DNA of 51,154 bases from a virus. Lineage: Duplodnaviria > Caudoviricetes. The notes under the pieces were generated by a model. The model did not search any database. It saw nothing but the letters and a program-made list of their open reading frames with translations, and was not told the origin of the DNA. The translations under genes and the position numbers were made by a program. Positions 44,864 to 51,154 of this stretch are shown piece after piece; position 1 is the stretch's first letter; each line of letters begins with the position of its first letter. Location of the stretch: IMG/VR virus record IMGVR_UViG_3300010401_000012, positions 1 to 51,154 of that record; one strand, written 5' to 3'.

Positions 44864-45150
44864 TAAATAGTTCTTTCCATTGGTCTAGGTTGAAAATCCT
44901 CTTCATGTAAAGTGATGAGGTGTCTGATATGCTTGATAGCACGGCGATAGCCGTTGTTATCAGCTTGTCTGTAATCCCAATTAGGTTTATCGTAAACTGT
45001 GGGATTTAATTCTTGTCGGTTAACATCAGATTCCATCTCATTGAGGATTTCGTTCTGACGCTCTAGGACTGCTCCTGCACTAATTACAGTACGCTTGAAG
45101 TGGTCAACCTGCTCGGGGTCGTCGAGGTGTTTGTACCAAGCTGTGATCAT
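44863..45150 (-). CDS. Hypothetical head-module protein
   Basis: YDKPNWDYRQAD..GY.RA; synteny. Confidence 0.75.
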   Translation of the reverse strand: MITAWYKHLDDPEQVDHFKRTVISAGAVLERQNEILNEMESDVNRQELNPTVYDKPNWDYRQADNNGYRRAIKHIRHLITLHEEDFQPRPMERTI

Positions 45151-45269
45151 TAGTCTTTGAAACCTTTCTTACGATCGATCTTCTTGTCCTTCTTAGAACC
45201 TTCTTTGATCTTACGTTTCTTATCTCTTGCTTTATCGGCTTTCATAGCCAATGCTTTGCCTGTGGCCAT
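45150..45269 (-). CDS. Tiny highly basic protein, 39 aa
   Basis: MATGKALAMKADKARDKKRKIKEGSKKDKKIDRKKGFKD; TAATG overlaps on both sides. Confidence 0.65.
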   Translation of the reverse strand: MATGKALAMKADKARDKKRKIKEGSKKDKKIDRKKGFKD

Positions 45270-47146
45270 TACATAGTTCCTAGTGTTCCTGTAGGTGTAG
45301 CATTCATGCGTGGATTATTTTGTAACCCAAAGCCTGGCTTAACCTGTGGTTGTGATTGATCCGGTTGAACCGGAGGTTGGTTCATGTCGTAATCTTGCCC
45401 CATACCAGAAGCAGTAGCTGTTTCCTGATGGAGTTGTTCTTCAAGCTTCTGTTGGATACGTTGAGCTTCAGCGGCTTCAGCCAGAGCGATAAACGGCGTA
45501 TTAATACCGTAGTCTTTCAGATCGAAGGCATCTATAATAAGCTCAGCCATTGGAACACTACCGATATGCATCTGAACCTTCTGCCACAGCCCACTACCAG
45601 CTAGAGCTGTGAGATTTTGGATCATCTCGGCTCTTTCAGCGAAGTGACGCGCAGCAATAGGCTTGATACGCCCAATACCAGTGATGTCTTCAACAGTTAG
45701 TGTAGAGAAGGTTGTAGCCTTAGTCTCATTATCGAAGACGCGGATACTCGTAGCACCAACGAGGTTACGCCTAGCCATTTCTAGCATAGCGTTGAGAACC
45801 ATCTCAAAGAACTCTTCAAAGGACGTAATACGGCTTTGGAATAGTCTTCCAGAGGCATTCTCTAGTCGTTGGACTTCGTATTTGGTTTTTTCACCAGGGG
45901 AACGAATACCCATAGCTTCCTTAGGTGCACCAGCCATTTCTTCCATCAGTGCTTGAAGCATTCCAGTTTCAGAATTGCTTTGCATGATTTGGACTTGTGG
46001 CTGTATGATATCGACATCTCCCTCTTCAGAGTAGAATATCTTCTCACCGGGACCCCAACGGAAGTCTTCGACGAATCCCTTGATCTTGATGACTGGGAAG
46101 GTCGTCAAATCCCAAATGTCCGCCTTCATGTTCTCAACATGGTCCATTCGATACTGCATACCGACGAGATTAGCGAGAGGACCCATACCCCAGAGGTTGT
46201 CTTGACGAGCACGCCAAACACCTTGGTAAATCGGTGGATAACCAAAGAAGGAAGGATTTTCTCTATTGGCAATCAGCTTATGGCGATCGACAACTGTAAT
46301 TACTTTGTTCTTTTCGAAGGTGTCCGTATAAGGATCATACCAGTCGCCATAGAAAGTAAGGACTTCACATGTCCCGCTCAGTAGATAGTCACGGAAAGAA
46401 GTAAATCCTTCCATAGCGTACATGTGATCACGCTCAGACCAATCACCTTGGAATGAACGGGCTTGGAAGCGAATGTCTTTGAGGTAGTGCCACAGAGCTT
46501 CGTTTGTTTCTCTAGAATCATCATTGGACATACGTTCGAGCATTTCTCGAAGTTCACCCATACTGACGATACTACGAACGATCTTCGGAGATGAAATAAA
46601 ATTCTCTGCCGTCGGGTTCATAACGATATCCATCGGATTGATCCGACGGACCGCAGGTCCTACATAACCTACTTGTGTACCGTCTTTACGAGCAACACGA
46701 CGATCTACCCATTCGACTGTGCCAAAGCAGTTGCCGAAGTCGATGTAGTCCATCACGAGCTTTTCCATCTCCTGCTTGAAGTTAGGTTGCTCTATAACCC
46801 AACTCATATAGCTTACGATGGCTTCACGCTTCTGACGAGAATTAGCGTCTTCTTCATCTGCTTCCCAAATTATGCTCTTACGCTTGGGGAACAGAACTTG
46901 CATGTAATTAGCAAGGAGATTGTCTCTGATCTGACACAACTTAGGAATAGTTGTAGTATTCTTCCACGGGTTGATACTATTAGTCGTACCCCGTGTATCC
47001 GTAGCATAGACGTAACGTCGGACTTCTTCTACGTCCTGTTTCCAGTTTTGGCGATAACCATCATTCCTTATCCAAGTCTCAGTAATACGAGTGGCAAGCA
47101 AGTCAGGGGTTATGACGTCAATAAGTTCTTGAACCTTACCGGTCAT
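45269..47146 (-). CDS. Portal protein
   Basis: 625 aa after the terminase; PWKNTTTIPKL.QIRDNL, GIRSPGEKT.YEVQ. Confidence 0.9.
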   Translation of the reverse strand: MTGKVQELIDVITPDLLATRITETWIRNDGYRQNWKQDVEEVRRYVYATDTRGTTNSINPWKNTTTIPKLCQIRDNLLANYMQVLFPKRKSIIWEADEEDANSRQKREAIVSYMSWVIEQPNFKQEMEKLVMDYIDFGNCFGTVEWVDRRVARKDGTQVGYVGPAVRRINPMDIVMNPTAENFISSPKIVRSIVSMGELREMLERMSNDDSRETNEALWHYLKDIRFQARSFQGDWSERDHMYAMEGFTSFRDYLLSGTCEVLTFYGDWYDPYTDTFEKNKVITVVDRHKLIANRENPSFFGYPPIYQGVWRARQDNLWGMGPLANLVGMQYRMDHVENMKADIWDLTTFPVIKIKGFVEDFRWGPGEKIFYSEEGDVDIIQPQVQIMQSNSETGMLQALMEEMAGAPKEAMGIRSPGEKTKYEVQRLENASGRLFQSRITSFEEFFEMVLNAMLEMARRNLVGATSIRVFDNETKATTFSTLTVEDITGIGRIKPIAARHFAERAEMIQNLTALAGSGLWQKVQMHIGSVPMAELIIDAFDLKDYGINTPFIALAEAAEAQRIQQKLEEQLHQETATASGMGQDYDMNQPPVQPDQSQPQVKPGFGLQNNPRMNATPTGTLGTM

Positions 47147-48726
47147 AGCATGCCGCCGAATCGTGAATGGAAGTTCTGTTCATTGTTAGTTAGAGCTTTC
47201 TGAGTCCTGTAGGTATTTAATGGAGATTTGCCAGCAGAAAAATCAATGACACTGGCGAGAGCGTCTTTGATGTCATCATGGGCAGGATTAGTGTAAATCA
47301 ATTCTTCTTCGAGGGCTTGGGTGTACCCGCCCCGGTAATGCCATATCTGTCTGTTGGCGTACTTCGGTTCCAGTACAGCAGCGATACGTTCTTCTTTGGC
47401 ACCTTGCCAACGAGTAGGACGAAATTCATCGACTGTAAGGGACAGACCGAGTTTCTTGATGTAGTTATCTTTTAGGTCTTGAACGATAGCTGCCTGGGCT
47501 ACTGAGACTTCGCATCTGATCTTTCTGAAACCCCATTTCTCGTAGAGTTTGAGGATATGATCGAAGTATTCGGATATCTTCTTAGTTTTGAAACGATCTA
47601 TCTCACAGATGTAGTAGTTACCTTCACCGTCTACACCTATGACCACAATTGAGCTAAAGTCGGCGGCCTTTTCAGTAGAATAAGCGAAGTCCACGGCGGC
47701 AAAGACGTTAAGACGTTTGTCTCTGAAGAACCACTGGTAGTCTTGTCTGTGGAGGTACTTTTCGTCATAGTATTGGAATTGTTCTCTCTGAATAGCAGCG
47801 GAATCTACGTCGTGGGGGTCGTTGTAATATTGCGCCCGGAAATGTGTTTGATTGCTGTATTGGGCCTTCTTGGTACGGAGAATCTCGGCATCGAAACCAA
47901 ATTCCTTACCATCTGAACGTCTCTGCCTCGGCCAGAGGAACTGACCGGAGCCATCTCCTGCTGTTTCGACCTGACGTTCGAAACTCTCGAACAAGGGTTC
48001 ATGACTAAGCATGCCTGTTTGAGGATCATAGATTTCAATTTGCTTGCTGAGTATTTCTGCATATTGGTCTTCAGGGTGGTACCGAGTACCGGCTGCGAGT
48101 TCCTCAGCATTTGCACCTTCTACAGACGACAGATAACCGTATTGTTCAGAAACCTTGCTTCTACCTTCTTTGGTATAAGCGTTCTTAGCTACGACTATAT
48201 CATCCAGAATACATAAGTCACAATGGAGACCAATAATATTGGTAGTAAGACCAGCAGTGAAAATACTAGGTTCGCGGACGCTTTCAGCTTTTCGTCTAGG
48301 GTCATCTACGGATATTTCCCTTTCAGTCCATTTCTCACGCTTGGCTTCCTCTTTGTTAACCATATCCGGCCAATACAAGCGGTAGACATCGGAAGTCAGG
48401 ATGTCTTTCATGAACTTCAACTGCTTGATAGCAAGGTTGGCAGTACTTGAAATATAAAGGATTTTAATAGTTGGGTCTTTAGTTAACCGCCATACAGCAT
48501 AGTAAGCTGCAATAGCTGACTTCATATGGTCCCGAGGAAGTAATAGAAGCTTATGCTTCTTACCATTACTCGACGTAAGCCATGCGATTACTTCTCTGTG
48601 GATATTACCAAGTAACCTATGGGGATGAACCAGCTCAATGAAATCCGCTAAGGAATTCTCTGCTAGTTCTCTACGGTCATGACGGGCTTGTTCTACTACA
48701 GATTTGAGGGGTCGTCCTCGCTTCAT
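47143..48726 (-). CDS. Terminase large subunit
   Basis: Walker A PRDHMKS, Walker B ILDD, GTRYH, nuclease AAVDFA and HDD.KDA. Confidence 0.95.
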   Translation of the reverse strand: MKRGRPLKSVVEQARHDRRELAENSLADFIELVHPHRLLGNIHREVIAWLTSSNGKKHKLLLLPRDHMKSAIAAYYAVWRLTKDPTIKILYISSTANLAIKQLKFMKDILTSDVYRLYWPDMVNKEEAKREKWTEREISVDDPRRKAESVREPSIFTAGLTTNIIGLHCDLCILDDIVVAKNAYTKEGRSKVSEQYGYLSSVEGANAEELAAGTRYHPEDQYAEILSKQIEIYDPQTGMLSHEPLFESFERQVETAGDGSGQFLWPRQRRSDGKEFGFDAEILRTKKAQYSNQTHFRAQYYNDPHDVDSAAIQREQFQYYDEKYLHRQDYQWFFRDKRLNVFAAVDFAYSTEKAADFSSIVVIGVDGEGNYYICEIDRFKTKKISEYFDHILKLYEKWGFRKIRCEVSVAQAAIVQDLKDNYIKKLGLSLTVDEFRPTRWQGAKEERIAAVLEPKYANRQIWHYRGGYTQALEEELIYTNPAHDDIKDALASVIDFSAGKSPLNTYRTQKALTNNEQNFHSRFGGML

Positions 48727-49014
48727 TTAGGATATGTCTTCTAATTTCTTAATTCGTGCGTCTTTGGATACTAATCTGAGCTTTACTTCCCAGAGGTCTT
48801 TGATTATGTTCTCAAATCTAGAGTCGTCATGCTTTTCATGGTATTCTAGTTTATTAATAATTGTGTCTTCTACTCGGGACATCTGCTCAAATACAAATGA
48901 GCGAATTTCACTGAACTGTCCTGATAACCACCAAGCTAGACTCCAGATAATCCCACCGACGAACACACCTACAGATAAGCCCACCAGTATCACGTCGGGT
49001 ATCTTTTCCATCAC
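48727..49014 (-). CDS. Membrane-anchored hypothetical protein
   Basis: N-terminal TM followed by a coiled coil. Confidence 0.65.
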   Translation of the reverse strand: MMEKIPDVILVGLSVGVFVGGIIWSLAWWLSGQFSEIRSFVFEQMSRVEDTIINKLEYHEKHDDSRFENIIKDLWEVKLRLVSKDARIKKLEDIS

Positions 49015-49145
49015 TTTTTCTTCTCAAGTTCTTTATGTACTTGAAGAATATCCATAGCCCGCTTACCGAGCAAGGCCATCGCTAAAAGCAATGACCTTTG
49101 ATCGAGTTTGTCGATAGCGTCTTGGAAGTTGTCTTGGTATTCCAT
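49011..49145 (-). CDS. Hypothetical protein, 44 aa (MEYQDNFQDA...)
   Basis: Hand-translated; overlaps both neighbours. Confidence 0.5.
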   Translation of the reverse strand: MEYQDNFQDAIDKLDQRSLLLAMALLGKRAMDILQVHKELEKKK

Positions 49146-49603
49146 TAGACTTGGTAACCCCAAGCTGAAACTGCGGAGTTAGTATTACCTGCACCAAGGG
49201 AAGGCACAGAAACAACGATAGCAGTATTGGTAGTAGAAGCCGGAATAGCTGGAATGAAATCCAAATAAATAGGCTGATTACCAATAGTAACACCCGTAGC
49301 TACAGGAACTGTAAAGGTCATAGTACCGCCGAGTAACCCTGTAATAGTACCATTGACTACTGAACCTGCAGTAGCACCTGCACCCGTTACGACTGCACCA
49401 GTGATGTAAGTAGTCTTACCAACTGCAGCAGCTAGCGTAGCTGTGGCTACGGCAGCGGCTACGTTACCTGAAGAAGACTGTAGAGGAGTATTACCAATGG
49501 GAGTACCAGAAGTATTACTACCAGTGACGTTACCATTACCATCGGTAAGGGTTACGTACGTTGCTCCATCGGGAGCTTGAAAACCATTTGATTTAGCTGT
49601 CAT
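49145..49603 (-). CDS. Putative structural/decoration protein
   Basis: Ala/Thr/Gly-rich beta-sandwich character. Confidence 0.65.
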   Translation of the reverse strand: MTAKSNGFQAPDGATYVTLTDGNGNVTGSNTSGTPIGNTPLQSSSGNVAAAVATATLAAAVGKTTYITGAVVTGAGATAGSVVNGTITGLLGGTMTFTVPVATGVTIGNQPIYLDFIPAIPASTTNTAIVVSVPSLGAGNTNSAVSAWGYQV

Positions 49604-49743
49604 TATTCAGGAATCTGCGTCCAGGCGATACCGCCTACGAAAAGGGGTAGGGCCATCTGAGGGGCGAGCCACATAGCGACTGTACCTGCGACAATGAATC
49701 CTACAGCGAAGATGATCTTAACGATATGAAGGGCTTGGGTCAT
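49603..49743 (-). CDS. Small membrane protein, 46 aa
   Basis: MTQALHIVKIIFAVGFIVAG...; TAATG overlaps. Confidence 0.55.
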   Translation of the reverse strand: MTQALHIVKIIFAVGFIVAGTVAMWLAPQMALPLFVGGIAWTQIPE

Positions 49744-50069
49744 TACTTAGCCTTTGCTGGAACGATAGTAACTGGAGTAGGGTCGACGGCTTTCTTGGCT
49801 TCATCAGCCTGATGCTTCTCGATGACTTTGGTATCGCCGCTGTCGCGGAGCTTCTTGAGGTCTTCGTCCTTAATGACGTTGACTTGATCGAAACGTTCGG
49901 TGTGGTATTTCTTGAGTTCTTTCTTCTCAGCTTCTGTGAACTGAAGTTCAGAGACCTTAGGAGAGAAAGACTGACCTTGGTGGTCTGTCACCTGTACGGT
50001 GTCGTAGACGGTAAGGGCAGGATTGACGAGATTGGTGATCGTGACTTCACGACCTTTGTAAATTGCCAT
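49743..50069 (-). CDS. First late gene, hypothetical protein
   Basis: AAGGA RBS; strong codon bias. Confidence 0.75.
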   Translation of the reverse strand: MAIYKGREVTITNLVNPALTVYDTVQVTDHQGQSFSPKVSELQFTEAEKKELKKYHTERFDQVNVIKDEDLKKLRDSGDTKVIEKHQADEAKKAVDPTPVTIVPAKAK

Positions 50070-50149
50070 TGTATTTGTATTCCTTTTGTGATATTGTAAT
50101 TCCACGGGGTGCCTAGGATGCCTTAGTGGTCTTATATACCCTTAGCAAC

Positions 50150-50179
50150 ATTATACCATTATAAGACATTGAAAGTAAA
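50150..50179 (-). promoter_or_regulatory. Promoter for the structural arm
   Basis: Minus strand TTTACT-N18-TATAAT with TGG extended -10. Confidence 0.6.
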
Positions 50180-50186
50180 GATAAAT

Positions 50187-50384
50187 ATGAGCAACTTGAT
50201 AAACCACGCGAATGAACAACTAAGTAAAGCAGGATTATTTGATAGAGACTCAGACTACGACGGTGAATTAGGTCGAGGAGTCCTAGAGTTAATTACTGTG
50301 TTTGCTGGACAAGGACATTCAGGAATGAGCGCTGAGATGACTGTTCAGCTCTTTGAAAGACTTGCTAGGTTTAAGGAAATATGA
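50187..50384 (+). CDS. Hypothetical protein
   Basis: F..QGHSG.SA motif recalled from phage hypotheticals. Confidence 0.7.
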   Translation: MSNLINHANEQLSKAGLFDRDSDYDGELGRGVLELITVFAGQGHSGMSAEMTVQLFERLARFKEI

Positions 50385-50632
50385 AGGTAGTACATTGTAG
50401 AAAGGAACCATATGACGTCTACATCGGAAGACCAAGCAAGTGGGGAAACCCGTATGAGATTGGAAAGGATGGATCTAGAAGCGAGGTCATTAGCAAGTAT
50501 GCATCCTACTTACAAAACTCTCCTGAACTATTACGAGACGTCAAAAGCCTTAAAGGATTACGTCTTGGGTGCTGGTGCAGTCCCAGTCCGTGTCATGGAG
50601 ATACCCTTGTCAGACTGGCCAATGAGCCTTGA
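50381..50632 (+). CDS. DUF4326 family protein
   Basis: VYIGRPSKWGNP...LGCWC.P..CHGD.L. Confidence 0.85.
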   Translation: MKVVHCRKEPYDVYIGRPSKWGNPYEIGKDGSRSEVISKYASYLQNSPELLRDVKSLKGLRLGCWCSPSPCHGDTLVRLANEP

Positions 50633-50841
50633 AGAACTGGAGTTAGCTAACCAATGAGAGTACTCGTTAAGGAAAGGACGTTAGATGATAAAGGAAACTG
50701 ACGAAGAATTGGTAGAAAGGGTACTACAAGGCTTCCTTCCACAGAAAGCCCAGACAGGAGAGTTTGACTTCCTGAGGGAACACGGATACGGTGTTGTTTA
50801 CGGTAAGGAAGCTGTACTGAAGAAGATAAAGGAAATAAGTA

Positions 50842-51048
50842 ATGCTAATTGAAGGTAAGTATATAACGCTCGAAACAGAAGACTACGGTAAAGCCCAGAG
50901 TATAGTTAACTACATGGACTGGGTACTCGAACGACCGGAGTTTAAGGAAGAAATCAAGAGACAATACGATAATTTGATTCTGTATGGGACGACAGACATT
51001 AGATGGCCCCTAGAAAGCCCTAGGAAGCCCACTGGTGAGTTTAAATGA
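50842..51048 (+). CDS. Hypothetical protein
   Basis: AAGGA RBS; operon packing. Confidence 0.55.
   Translation: MLIEGKYITLETEDYGKAQSIVNYMDWVLERPEFKEEIKRQYDNLILYGTTDIRWPLESPRKPTGEFK
51003..51041 (-). repeat. Degenerate 39-bp repeat, copy C
   Basis: Reverse complement AACTCACCAGTGGGCTTCCTAGGGCTTTCTAGGGGCCAT. Confidence 0.75.
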
Positions 51049-51154
51049 CTCGGGTGGGTACATACAGCGGGGAAGACCTAAAACGCACCAGTGAGCTTCT
51101 AATGGCCTTACAGAGGCTATTGCCTTTTTATGAAGAAAACCGACCTAATTATGA
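51032..51154. repeat. Terminal direct repeat, right copy
   Basis: Identical to 1..123; ORF 50842..51048 ends inside it and the next ORF starts inside it. Confidence 0.95.

Overview
An apparently complete ~51 kb podovirus-type (short-tailed, T7-supergroup-like) dsDNA phage genome, with no recognisable RNA polymerase. The last 123 nt repeat the first 123 nt. The + arm (0.7-24 kb) carries early hypotheticals, a NYN/LabA nuclease, primase-helicase, UDG, a metallophosphoesterase, family A DNA polymerase, SSB, a PD-(D/E)xK exonuclease and endonuclease VII. The - arm (24-50 kb) carries terminase, portal, scaffold, capsid, two tail fibres, GH108 endolysin, tail tubular A/B and internal virion proteins. 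The arms converge on a terminator at ~24.07 kb. The layout resembles Zobellviridae-like podoviruses, and an alphaproteobacterial host is inferred rather than shown. The outstanding feature is a ~2.5 kb stretch (16684-19195) with no credible gene. It is packed with hairpins and contains isolated tRNA anticodon stem-loops, T-arm-like hairpins, a tRNA body with an expanded anticodon arm, and many short same-sense, non-collinear look-alikes of 16S/23S rRNA. This suggests a candidate decoy RNA mimicking the translation apparatus. Also notable are a polymerase whose proofreading Asp residues are substituted, a dead amidotransferase-like fold, a conserved 39-bp repeat and PhaR-like boxes. All calls were made by eye; no searches or folding were run.
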